A stretch of 59,154 nucleotides of DNA from Alphaproteobacteria bacterium (GTDB lineage Bacteria > Pseudomonadota > Alphaproteobacteria > Rs-D84): assembly GCA_017650945.1 (NCBI GenBank), contig JAGCDW010000015.1, forward strand, positions 1 to 59,154, in the 5' to 3' direction. A program made the position numbers and the translations under genes. How positions within the stretch are numbered: the first letter of the stretch is position 1; each line of letters begins with the position of its first letter. The notes under the pieces are model-generated. The model made no database searches and was not told the DNA's origin. It was given only the letters and a program-made list of their open reading frames with translations. Positions 1 to 8,245 of the stretch are shown in pieces.

Positions 1-191
1 AAACTGCCACTCGCGCCCCTGTTGATAAGTTTAGTATGAAACCTATGCTCTAAATTCCGAATCATTTGCGACAGATTGGAATTTTTGATACCATTTTCAC
101 CCGCGGCGATTTGAATACTACCCTTATCAACAACCTCTTTCAGTGCCAGTAATTCTTTCAATAAAATTATTTTTGTTTTTAGTGTCGACAT
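1..191 (-). CDS. LysR-family transcriptional regulator, N-terminal HTH part (gene runs off the window)
   Basis: Truncated, so absent from the ORF track. Reverse translation from ATG at 189..191: MSTLKTKIILLKELLALKEVVDKGSIQIAAGENGIKNSNLSQMIRNLEHRFHTKLINRGASGS. This fits the LysR winged-HTH pattern. Confidence 0.5.
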   Translation of the reverse strand, partial: MSTLKTKIILLKELLALKEVVDKGSIQIAAGENGIKNSNLSQMIRNLEHRFHTKLINRGASGS

Positions 192-236
192 ACAATGTAT
201 CCTACACAACCAAATGCCTTTGTAAACAAAAATATT

Positions 237-467
237 TTATTGATGACAAATACACTTTATAAAATCTTCGATAGTTTTTCCGGTAGAGTTCAATATCTTT
301 GCAATACTGTTTGTCGAAGGCCACCTTGGTTGCCCATATTTCGACCAACGCTTGCTCTTGTTAAAAGTTGTTGCATCTAATCCTGAAAATCTCGCCAATC
401 CGGAACAGGACATGTTATGCTGAAAAGCGAAATTATCAATTGCTTGCCATATATCTTGATGAGTCAT
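237..467 (-). CDS. small XRE/Cro-CI-type helix-turn-helix protein
   Basis: ORF 237..500(-). I start it at the internal ATG (465..467), which is preceded by AAAGGAG. MTHQDIWQAIDNFAFQHNMSCSGLARFSGLDATTFNKSKR looks like a phage-repressor HTH. Confidence 0.6.
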   Translation of the reverse strand: MTHQDIWQAIDNFAFQHNMSCSGLARFSGLDATTFNKSKRWSKYGQPRWPSTNSIAKILNSTGKTIEDFIKCICHQ

Positions 468-866
468 GGTAATCTCCTTTTGTTTGTTAACCATGTCCAC
501 ATTATATTCATTCCTGGGAAAATTTAGGTTATCCTATTTTTATGCATCAGATACCCCAAAAGGGGCATCTAAAAACGAATTTTTTTATATAAATCACCTA
601 AAAACAAATGGATATTAGCAATTATTACGTTGTTTTTGATTATGCAAAAAACCACGAACCACAAAACACACCGCACCCCTTGATTTTCCTAGGGTTTTTA
701 TCTTTTTTTATCGGGGAAAATTTTTTATAATAGGAAAAAATATCACCCATAAAAAAATCATATTTTTGATATAAAAAACACCCATCACCGAATCGGTTTT
801 ATCAAAATCACTTGCGATTTTACCGACCGAATCGTAGAATCATTGCAAAGATAACGGGGGTCAAAA

Positions 867-1412
867 ATGCAAGACACAAATAGCATAATAGCGAACGAAA
901 AAATAGATACGCATAAACTTTCACGCGCAAAAAAAATCATTACTGAATTATATAACGAATTGCCTGACTATATTGCACGCGGGCATGGACCTTTCTTGGC
1001 GGCAATTTACGATGCGGACGGCAATTTAATTACCAAAACCGCAAACAGCGTAATTACCGACACTTGCAGCCACAACCATGCCGAAATGAACGCTATACGC
1101 GCCGCCGAAGAAAAACTGCGCACATACGATTTATCATCACACAACCTATCTTTATACGTGACGGCGGAACCATGCATAATGTGTTTGGGCGGAATAATGT
1201 GGTCTGGAATTCGGGCGGTATTTTTCGGTGTTCCGTCCAGAGCCGTCGAATCGATAACCGGATTCGACGAAGGTTTTAAACCTGATTGGACGGACGAATT
1301 CAAACGCCGGAATATAACCGTATACGGCAATATCGAACCCGAACGCGGCGAATCAGTCCTGCGCGATTACATGACCCAAAACCGAATCGTTTATAAACCG
1401 AAAAGAGATTGA
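867..1412 (+). CDS. CMP/dCMP-type zinc nucleoside/nucleotide deaminase (TadA/guanine-deaminase fold)
   Basis: HAEMNAI and PCIMCLGG form the H-A-E / P-C-x-x-C zinc deaminase signature. Confidence 0.8.
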   Translation: MQDTNSIIANEKIDTHKLSRAKKIITELYNELPDYIARGHGPFLAAIYDADGNLITKTANSVITDTCSHNHAEMNAIRAAEEKLRTYDLSSHNLSLYVTAEPCIMCLGGIMWSGIRAVFFGVPSRAVESITGFDEGFKPDWTDEFKRRNITVYGNIEPERGESVLRDYMTQNRIVYKPKRD

Positions 1413-1414
1413 TT

Positions 1415-1762
1415 TTATCCCACCAACACATACGACATTTCTATCAGTTTTTTGACATTACCCGCCGGCACAGTCCCGTTCAGCAATACCGACACCCAAT
1501 TATTTTTATTCATATGATACGCCGGAAAAATCCCCGGCACCCCTAAAAAGAATTCCACATTATCGGTTTTAACATTTATCACATCAACCGCACCATCACC
1601 AGAAAGTTGAAACTTTTCGCGCGAAATTTTCATAATTATTGCGAACCACTTTTCATTATCGCCGCGCCGAAACACGCAAAAATCCGGATACCGCCGCCAC
1701 AAGTATTCCGGATTCACACTATATTTTTTATTTATGAAATTTATGATATCTTGTCGCCCCAT
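1415..1762 (-). CDS. MmcQ/YjbR-family protein
   Basis: ORF 1415..1789(-). Started at MGRQDII to avoid overlap with the upstream gene. NPEYLWRRYPDFCVFRR..KWFAIIM..VINVK..FPAYHMNKNNWVSVLL is typical of the YjbR family. Confidence 0.7.
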   Translation of the reverse strand: MGRQDIINFINKKYSVNPEYLWRRYPDFCVFRRGDNEKWFAIIMKISREKFQLSGDGAVDVINVKTDNVEFFLGVPGIFPAYHMNKNNWVSVLLNGTVPAGNVKKLIEMSYVLVG

Positions 1763-1764
1763 GA

Positions 1765-2463
1765 TTATTTTTTCCGCGACGGGACACAATCACCATCGCC
1801 TTCCTTTGGACAGCACGCAAAGTTCAAATGTTCAACTTGCTTAAACACTTCCCCATCACAGCACCCATATTGATTCGGTTTTTCGCCATCATCACACAAA
1901 CCTTTTTCGCGGTTTTCCTTTATCTGCGCCTGACGTGCGGCCTCAGCCGCGGCTTCTTCTGCGGCTATTTCTTCTGGTGTTTTTTCGGGCACCGGGGGTT
2001 CAGTTGAAATTTCCACCTCTGGAACTGTAACGTCCATAACCGGATTTACATTTTTATAGTTATGCACCGGACGGCGCGCGGCACGTGGCGCACATTGATT
2101 ACGTTGCCGCGACAGCATATATTCCAAATCGACCTTTAATTCCGGATAAGATTTAACATCTGCGCGCAATTCTGCAACACGAATATTTATTTCATCACAA
2201 GACAATCGATCCGCAACCATTCGCGGCGCAGGCACTTCAACAATATCCGTGTCTGCGTTTTCACCCTGCTCTTCTTCGACGGCAACTGTTACTTGGTCAG
2301 ACAATTCTTCATCAATCAAGTCATCAACATCATCAAACACTTCGTATTCTTGGTATTCAACAACATCGGTATCTTCGGAATAAGAATCATCATCGGCATA
2401 TACCGGCACCAACACCCAAACCGCCAAAGCCGCAAAAATCCCAATTGTCTTGATATTCATCAC
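1765..2463 (-). CDS. secreted acidic protein with Cys-rich C-terminus, unknown function
   Basis: Signal peptide MMNIKTIGIFAALAVWVLVPVYA, a long D/E-rich region, and C-terminal GLCDDGEKPNQYGCCDGE..ACCPKEGDGDC. Lies in the same strand run as lolCD. Confidence 0.55.
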   Translation of the reverse strand: MMNIKTIGIFAALAVWVLVPVYADDDSYSEDTDVVEYQEYEVFDDVDDLIDEELSDQVTVAVEEEQGENADTDIVEVPAPRMVADRLSCDEINIRVAELRADVKSYPELKVDLEYMLSRQRNQCAPRAARRPVHNYKNVNPVMDVTVPEVEISTEPPVPEKTPEEIAAEEAAAEAARQAQIKENREKGLCDDGEKPNQYGCCDGEVFKQVEHLNFACCPKEGDGDCVPSRKK

Positions 2464-2475
2464 GTGAATCCTTTT

Positions 2476-3291
2476 TTATTCTTCTATAACCTTTTGTAAT
2501 TCCAATATGAAATCGATTCCCGGGTCAAGCATTTTTTCAACCTTGTCCAAATACCGACGCGCTTCATTTTTCATACGCAATTTTTTATAGGTGTTTATCG
2601 TAGAACGAACTTCCCGTGGATTCACATCACTTGCATTTATACGCACGCCATCGGCAATTTGTAATTCGTCCAAAGCGTTTTGACGATACTGTTCAATGTT
2701 TTCTTCGCATCCGTCTTCGGCCATCTTAGAATAAACTTCGGCATTATTAAGATGGCACTCGGACACATATTGATAATTATCGCAATTGTATATTATCCGA
2801 CGATTCAAAGCATTTTCGATTTCACGGCATGGACGTTCCATCGATTCGTTATTAGTCTTATCAAACCCGGTTAACGCATTCAAATAAATACTTTCATTTG
2901 CCGCCATATCAGAAAAATATCCACGATTTTCCCAACAACCCGTGTCCATCAAACGCTTATAAATCAAAAGATTCATTTGGTGTAACCCGATTGCATTTGG
3001 ACTTTTATCATCGATACTTTTCACAAGACGACTTTTTAAAACTTTTTCATTTATCTGGCACGGTTCTTGGGGTTCAGGATCAGCAATTTCTTCAACGATT
3101 TGTTCTTTTACTTCTTTAACTTCGGCCTTTACGCCAGAATCCGCCGTACACGCGACTTTATGCCCCAACGGATAAAGCCCCGTCATAACACCGCAACCAA
3201 ATATACCAAAAAGCAAAACCCACGCCCAAAACTTTTGCTTGCGCGAACAGATATAGCAATTTTCACAATTTGTATTTTTTACGTCTTTCAT
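2476..3291 (-). CDS. membrane-anchored protein, unknown function
   Basis: One N-terminal TM helix (FWAWVLLFGIFGCGVMTGLY) followed by a soluble Cys-containing domain. Sits directly downstream of lolD. Confidence 0.55.
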   Translation of the reverse strand: MKDVKNTNCENCYICSRKQKFWAWVLLFGIFGCGVMTGLYPLGHKVACTADSGVKAEVKEVKEQIVEEIADPEPQEPCQINEKVLKSRLVKSIDDKSPNAIGLHQMNLLIYKRLMDTGCWENRGYFSDMAANESIYLNALTGFDKTNNESMERPCREIENALNRRIIYNCDNYQYVSECHLNNAEVYSKMAEDGCEENIEQYRQNALDELQIADGVRINASDVNPREVRSTINTYKKLRMKNEARRYLDKVEKMLDPGIDFILELQKVIEE

Positions 3292-3323
3292 TTTTCTCTC
3301 TCCTTTTTTTAGTTTATTATTTT

Positions 3324-4034
3324 TTATTTAACTATTCCATTTTTGATTGTTATACGCCGGTCTGCACGATTAGCGAGTGACATATCATGCGTAACGAATA
3401 ACATCGCCATTTTATTTTTGCGCACCAAATCCAACAGTAATTCAAAAACCGCAATCGCATGATTCGGATCCAAACTGCCCGTCGGTTCATCCGCCAATAA
3501 AATATCAGGGTTATTGGCCAACGCCCGCGCGACCGCAGTCCGTTGCTGCTCCCCACCTGACATTTGCCCCGGCAAGTGCGATGCCCGATGTGCAACATTT
3601 GCCGCCTTTAACAAATTTTTTGCACGTGCCACCGCAACATCTGTATCAACACCATTAGCAAGCATCGGTAACATAACATTTTCAAGCGCAGTGAAATCCG
3701 ACAACAAATTATGCCGCTGGTACACAAATCCAAGTTTCCGCCGGCGCATCATCGTTCGCATTTCATCACTCATTTTATGCACCGGTGTTCCCGACACAAT
3801 AATACTGCCACCCGATGGCTTATCCAATAATCCGACACACTGCAACAAAGTTGACTTACCACTGCCCGATGGCCCGACAAGTGCGACAATTTCACCACGA
3901 TGCAAATCAAATCCGCCACCGGTCAGAATATGCAACGGCTGGCCCCCTTCGATAAAGGTCTTTTTTATATCACGCACCGAAAGGACGACTTCGCCCTTTT
4001 TCACCTTTGATAAAGAATTCAGTATCGATGCCAT
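3324..4034 (-). CDS. lolD: lipoprotein-releasing ABC transporter ATP-binding protein LolD
   Basis: Walker A GPSGSGKST, ABC signature SGGEQQR, Walker B ILLADEPT. Follows a LolC/E-type permease. Started at MASILNS (4034) rather than the track start. Confidence 0.85.
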   Translation of the reverse strand: MASILNSLSKVKKGEVVLSVRDIKKTFIEGGQPLHILTGGGFDLHRGEIVALVGPSGSGKSTLLQCVGLLDKPSGGSIIVSGTPVHKMSDEMRTMMRRRKLGFVYQRHNLLSDFTALENVMLPMLANGVDTDVAVARAKNLLKAANVAHRASHLPGQMSGGEQQRTAVARALANNPDILLADEPTGSLDPNHAIAVFELLLDLVRKNKMAMLFVTHDMSLANRADRRITIKNGIVK

Positions 4035-4042
4035 TTTTTTCT

Positions 4043-5296
4043 CTATTCGTTTCTCAACACCTCTACCGGGTCTGTGTTCGCCGCTTTCCACGCCGGATAT
4101 ATTGTTGCCAAGAACGCCAGTGCAATTGCAATCAGTGCGATTCCAAGTACACTTGCAAATTCCACACGCGATGGCAATTCCGACAAATAATACAATTCCG
4201 CCGGAAACAAATCACGCCCGGTTGCCCACTGAAAGAACCGCCGTATTGGTTCGATATAGATTGCGACAACTACACCCAACGCCGTTCCGAACACAGCACC
4301 AATAACCCCAATACTTGTTCCCGACAAAATAAATATACGCATCATCGAACGCCGCGACACACCAAATGTCCGCAACACCGCGATATCTTTGGATTTATCC
4401 TTTACCAACATGACAAGCGACGAAACTATGTTAAACGCTGCGACAATAACAATCAACATCAAAATTAGAAACATAACATTTGATTCGACCTGCAACGCAC
4501 CGACAAAGCCGCGATTTAAATCACGCCAATCACGAACAATATAACCATCGGGCAACACATCAATCAATGCATCGCGCACAGTATCTGTATCATCTGGATT
4601 ATTTAAAAACAAATCGATATGCGTCACCGCATCGCCCAGGTTCAGATATTTCTGTGCGGTTGTAAGGGGCATAAATATATAACCCGAATCATATTCATAC
4701 ATTCCCATAAAGAAAGAGGTTTGCACTGGATACGACATAATTCGCGGCATAGTTCCAAACGGTGTCGGCGTTGCGTTGTCTGCGGACACCAGTGAAACAC
4801 TTTCGCCCATATGCACGCCCAAATTTCGCGAAAGCGTTGACCCAATTATCAATTCGCCATCACGAATATCTGCTAAATCGCGACCATACATACGCACACC
4901 GCTTTTGGTCTTGGTCATCAAATCATTCATACGAATTCCGCGCACCATCGCACCAGAATTTTTTCCATTTGCGGTAACCATGACCTGACCTTCGGCAATT
5001 GGAACTATCGCATTTACTCCACGCGCGACCGTTTTATTTTCCATCATTTTTTCGGCCAAGAAATCATAGTCCGCAATCGCACCATCTTGATGATAAACAA
5101 CAACATGCCCGTTCATACCAACAATCCGCGCAAGCAATGTATCATGAAAACCACCCATCACAGACATCACAACAATAAGCGTTGCAACACCCAACATAAT
5201 ACCAATCAACGAAACCCACGACACCACAGAACCAAAGCCGCGTCGCTTTGCCGCCAGATATCTAAATGCAATTTTTCGTTCTAATTTTGTAAACAT
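4043..5296 (-). CDS. lolC: lipoprotein-releasing ABC transporter permease LolC/LolE
   Basis: N-terminus FTKLERKIAFRYLAAKRR, FtsX-type TM layout with a large periplasmic loop, C-terminus YPAWKAANTDPVEVLR. ATG at 5296 chosen because the track start at 5317 is TTG. Confidence 0.8.
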   Translation of the reverse strand: MFTKLERKIAFRYLAAKRRGFGSVVSWVSLIGIMLGVATLIVVMSVMGGFHDTLLARIVGMNGHVVVYHQDGAIADYDFLAEKMMENKTVARGVNAIVPIAEGQVMVTANGKNSGAMVRGIRMNDLMTKTKSGVRMYGRDLADIRDGELIIGSTLSRNLGVHMGESVSLVSADNATPTPFGTMPRIMSYPVQTSFFMGMYEYDSGYIFMPLTTAQKYLNLGDAVTHIDLFLNNPDDTDTVRDALIDVLPDGYIVRDWRDLNRGFVGALQVESNVMFLILMLIVIVAAFNIVSSLVMLVKDKSKDIAVLRTFGVSRRSMMRIFILSGTSIGVIGAVFGTALGVVVAIYIEPIRRFFQWATGRDLFPAELYYLSELPSRVEFASVLGIALIAIALAFLATIYPAWKAANTDPVEVLRNE

Positions 5297-5301
5297 ATTA
5301 T

Positions 5302-6633
5302 TTATTCCTTTAACCAATCGCGCAAAGCATCACCAACCAACGGCGCATCATCGGGGACATCTGCGGGGTTCACAATAGAAACTATTCGTGGCGACATAAA
5401 CACAACCAATTCTGCGAACGGACTTATCAGTGTTTCCGGCGTTGTTACAAAAGAATGTGTCGGAATTCCAACAATCACATAGTTATCCCCAACACTGGAC
5501 GGAATTGTAAATGAAGAAAGTTCGCCATTACTTGTCCGCAAAACGATTTTCGCATCGATTTTATCTTTGCCGCCAAAATCGCCATACTTTGCAGTTGCGC
5601 CAACAATCAAATCCGTTTCCAACCTTTCTTCCTTGCCACACTGTCCAATATCGAATCGCGATTGCCAACCATCAGGTACGACAAAGTGTCCCTGGGATAT
5701 CAAAACCACATTTGCCTGTTGCGATAAAAATTCTTGCAGTGTTTTAGTATTCACCTCTGGTCCAACAACCAGCGCGCGCCCAACGACACCAGGTATCGAC
5801 ATTTTAATATTCTTTTCACCAAACGCCGGCAACATGTTCATCCAAACGATTGGATTATCAGTTCGCGGATAAACACGATACACATCCATATCCCACGCCA
5901 TAACATATTTTTTTGACGCAATATCAGAAATAATCCGCGCCACTTCGCGTTCCGTTTGATAATTACCTTCAAATATCACCGTATTATCAGCCCAATCAAC
6001 AATCACATTTCGCACATCGGCACCATGCATAGCATCTAAAATAGCCATCACAATATCTTCATCTTTTGGCATTTTAATAAGCCACTTTCCGCGATTAAAC
6101 AGTTTCAGTTCACCAAGTTTCGCATCATACGAATAATATGACCGCCCAAGATGAGTAATCAAATCCACCGCATCCGCAAGATTTCCACCAACAATCGACC
6201 CAGATATCCGTTCATAAATTTTTTCTTGCTCTATGACAGCAATGTCGGTTCCAGCCAACAATTTATCCAAAGTATCTCGCACGCCCTGCTTTCTGAAATC
6301 ATAATTAGACACCGTCAAATCTGGCAACGGGTCGCCAACATTTAAACGCACAATTTCAATCTTTTCATCCGGCACCACAGAAACAACAGATTGCGAATCC
6401 CAATTCACCGTACACCGCCGCGGTAATTCAACGGAAAACCGACGTGCTGTATCAGTGGTAAGGGCCGCTTTTTTTGGAAAAATAGGCACAGAATTATCAT
6501 CTATGACCAAATTATCGATAACTTGAACAGTGTTGTATTCAACCTCTTCTATATCATATGGGTCAGTTACCTGCATACAACCAGCCAACATGATTCCAAC
6601 ACACATTAAAATAAAATATTTCAATTTTTTCAT
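5302..6633 (-). CDS. lipoprotein with secretin-like C-terminal region (possible R64 PilN-type secretin)
   Basis: Lipobox MCVGIMLAGC. The C-terminus ..GDNYVIVGIPTHSF..PFAELVVFMSPRIVS resembles the conserved secretin end (EL-hydrophobic-x-hydrophobic-TP-x-I-V). Its stop lies 5 nt upstream of the lolC start. Confidence 0.45.
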   Translation of the reverse strand: MKKLKYFILMCVGIMLAGCMQVTDPYDIEEVEYNTVQVIDNLVIDDNSVPIFPKKAALTTDTARRFSVELPRRCTVNWDSQSVVSVVPDEKIEIVRLNVGDPLPDLTVSNYDFRKQGVRDTLDKLLAGTDIAVIEQEKIYERISGSIVGGNLADAVDLITHLGRSYYSYDAKLGELKLFNRGKWLIKMPKDEDIVMAILDAMHGADVRNVIVDWADNTVIFEGNYQTEREVARIISDIASKKYVMAWDMDVYRVYPRTDNPIVWMNMLPAFGEKNIKMSIPGVVGRALVVGPEVNTKTLQEFLSQQANVVLISQGHFVVPDGWQSRFDIGQCGKEERLETDLIVGATAKYGDFGGKDKIDAKIVLRTSNGELSSFTIPSSVGDNYVIVGIPTHSFVTTPETLISPFAELVVFMSPRIVSIVNPADVPDDAPLVGDALRDWLKE

Positions 6634-6643
6634 ATCGTACCCT

Positions 6644-6967
6644 TTATATATTCATCGCACGTTCAAATTCTTCCAAAGACATTTCGTATATCGGCTTTTG
6701 TGATGCCGTAACCCACTCTTTCACACCGACCAATTGTTTTTTAAACAAATCAATAACAGAAACGACATCCGGCGCAACATCTTTTTTTGACTTTAGCAAA
6801 CGTTCACCATATTCCACAACAAATTCCAACACATCGGCGGCGAAAAATCGCCCAACATATTTTTCCATTGGAATTCCGCCCTTTGCGACACATATCGCAG
6901 ACATGGTCTTGGCCATTTGATTATAAAAGTTTGCCAACTTTATAAAATTCTGAACAGTCGTTGCCAT
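6644..6967 (-). CDS. hypothetical protein
   Basis: ORF 6644..7024(-). Started at MATTVQNF (6967), which is preceded by GGAGA. No recognisable motif. Confidence 0.45.
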   Translation of the reverse strand: MATTVQNFIKLANFYNQMAKTMSAICVAKGGIPMEKYVGRFFAADVLEFVVEYGERLLKSKKDVAPDVVSVIDLFKKQLVGVKEWVTASQKPIYEMSLEEFERAMNI

Positions 6968-7034
6968 CTCTTTTCTCCCGATACATTTTTTTGCATTATA
7001 AAAACTATTGCCACAAAAACGCAATTAAATTATA

Positions 7035-7424
7035 ATGCTAAATATGAAAATATTAAAAGTAATTTTATTACTTGGTTTATGTGCCTGCGCATCCCCCAAT
7101 GGGGGCAGTATTGATGACGCAACAATTCTGAATTGGGAAAACGAATCGGTTACAATGGAACAATTTGTTCGCGACCACAAGGCTTGTTTGGGCATAACAA
7201 AACCATCGTACCTGCCCCGTTCACGCATTGCAAAACTACTTTCACCAAATCAGACTGTTCGTATGCCGGATTGGGACGGACTTTGGGTAACATTCCAATC
7301 GAACGAATATCGTGATGTGGGTCAACGCGCATTACTTTCGGTACCACGTAACACAACATCTCGTTCGGTTGGCTCGTACCGCAAGTGTATGTTTCGGCGC
7401 GGTTATTTACTCCGGGCCACATAA
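7035..7424 (+). CDS. lipoprotein, unknown function
   Basis: Signal peptide plus lipobox LLLGLCAC. Confidence 0.55.
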   Translation: MLNMKILKVILLLGLCACASPNGGSIDDATILNWENESVTMEQFVRDHKACLGITKPSYLPRSRIAKLLSPNQTVRMPDWDGLWVTFQSNEYRDVGQRALLSVPRNTTSRSVGSYRKCMFRRGYLLRAT

Positions 7425-7428
7425 AGAA

Positions 7429-7455
7429 AGTGTTAGTGTAAGTGGCTAGTGATTA
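7429..7455 (+). repeat. GTTAGTGTAAGTG-family dispersed repeat, copy a
   Basis: AGTGTTAGTGTAAGTGGCTAGTGATTA begins 5 nt after the stop of 7035..7424. It forms an inverted pair with copy b. Confidence 0.7.
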
Positions 7456-7509
7456 TCGGGGAATTTCTAAAATCTTTTTGTAATTACTGATTTATTTCAA
7501 AAAACATCT

Positions 7510-7543
7510 ATCACTAACACTAACCACTAACACTTCCCACTAA
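7510..7543 (-). repeat. GTTAGTGTAAGTG-family dispersed repeat, copy b
   Basis: Plus strand reads ATCACTAACACTAACCACTAACACTTCCCACTAA, which is the family read as reverse complement. Confidence 0.7.
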
Positions 7544-7547
7544 AATA

Positions 7548-7556
7548 TGTTATAAT
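7548..7556 (+). promoter_or_regulatory. extended -10 element (TGTTATAAT) in front of ftsQ
   Basis: Perfect TGnTATAAT ending 7 nt before the ftsQ ATG (7564). This implies a leaderless or near-leaderless transcript if the element is used. Confidence 0.4.
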
Positions 7557-7563
7557 ATCCACC

Positions 7564-8244
7564 ATGAAAAAGAATCTCTGGTTTTGGCTATATTTTATTG
7601 CCGCTATTTTGCTTGCCATATATTTTGCGACACGCATAGTTATGGCATTTATGGGATACGGCCCAACGGCGATGGTGCGCCACATATCCATATCTGCGGA
7701 CACAAATGATAAAGACCTTACGCCGATTATCGCGGCGGCTGGCATTGCACCTGGCACACATTCGCACGCAATAAAACTTGAACTTGTAAATGCACGAATC
7801 GAACAAACCCCTGGAATCAAGGAATCCGCTGTACGCAGATTACCAAACGGCAATTTATCTATACGCGTAAACCTTTACCATGCCGTTGCTGAACGCACTG
7901 ATGGCGTATATTACTATCCGATTTCTGCAAACGGCAAGGATGTTAAAACACCATCCGAAACACGTGGTGCGGGGACTGTTGTTTTTCGTGGAAAAATTCC
8001 AAACGACATCGGTGAAATAACCAAGGCCGCAAACAACCTTATCGGCAACCTTGATTACCTTGAATGGATTGACGACCGCCGCTGGAATTTAATAACGCTT
8101 GGCGGAATTACGATTATGTTACCCGAAAACGACCCAATATCCGCGATTGGTAACGTTGTTGTATTGGATAAAAAATATAACATATTATCAAAGGATTTAA
8201 AAGTAATCGATATGCGCGACAACACAAGAATTTTGGTTAAATAA
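7564..8244 (+). CDS. ftsQ: cell division protein FtsQ
   Basis: N-terminal TM anchor (LWFWLYFIAAILLAIYF) followed by a POTRA-like segment (..IKESAVRRLPNGNLSIRV..). Sits immediately upstream of ftsA. Confidence 0.7.
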   Translation: MKKNLWFWLYFIAAILLAIYFATRIVMAFMGYGPTAMVRHISISADTNDKDLTPIIAAAGIAPGTHSHAIKLELVNARIEQTPGIKESAVRRLPNGNLSIRVNLYHAVAERTDGVYYYPISANGKDVKTPSETRGAGTVVFRGKIPNDIGEITKAANNLIGNLDYLEWIDDRRWNLITLGGITIMLPENDPISAIGNVVVLDKKYNILSKDLKVIDMRDNTRILVK

Positions 8245-8245
8245 G

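Noticed and set aside
3514-4305. 263-aa ORF on the plus strand
   Set aside because: It lies entirely antisense to lolD/lolC, which have unambiguous ABC motifs. Its translation is low-complexity and Pro/Arg/Ser-rich, which is typical of a shadow ORF. The same reasoning applies to 17008..17571, 30615..30980, 34456..35025, 43549..43956, 57399..57839 and the other antisense ORFs inside recognised genes.
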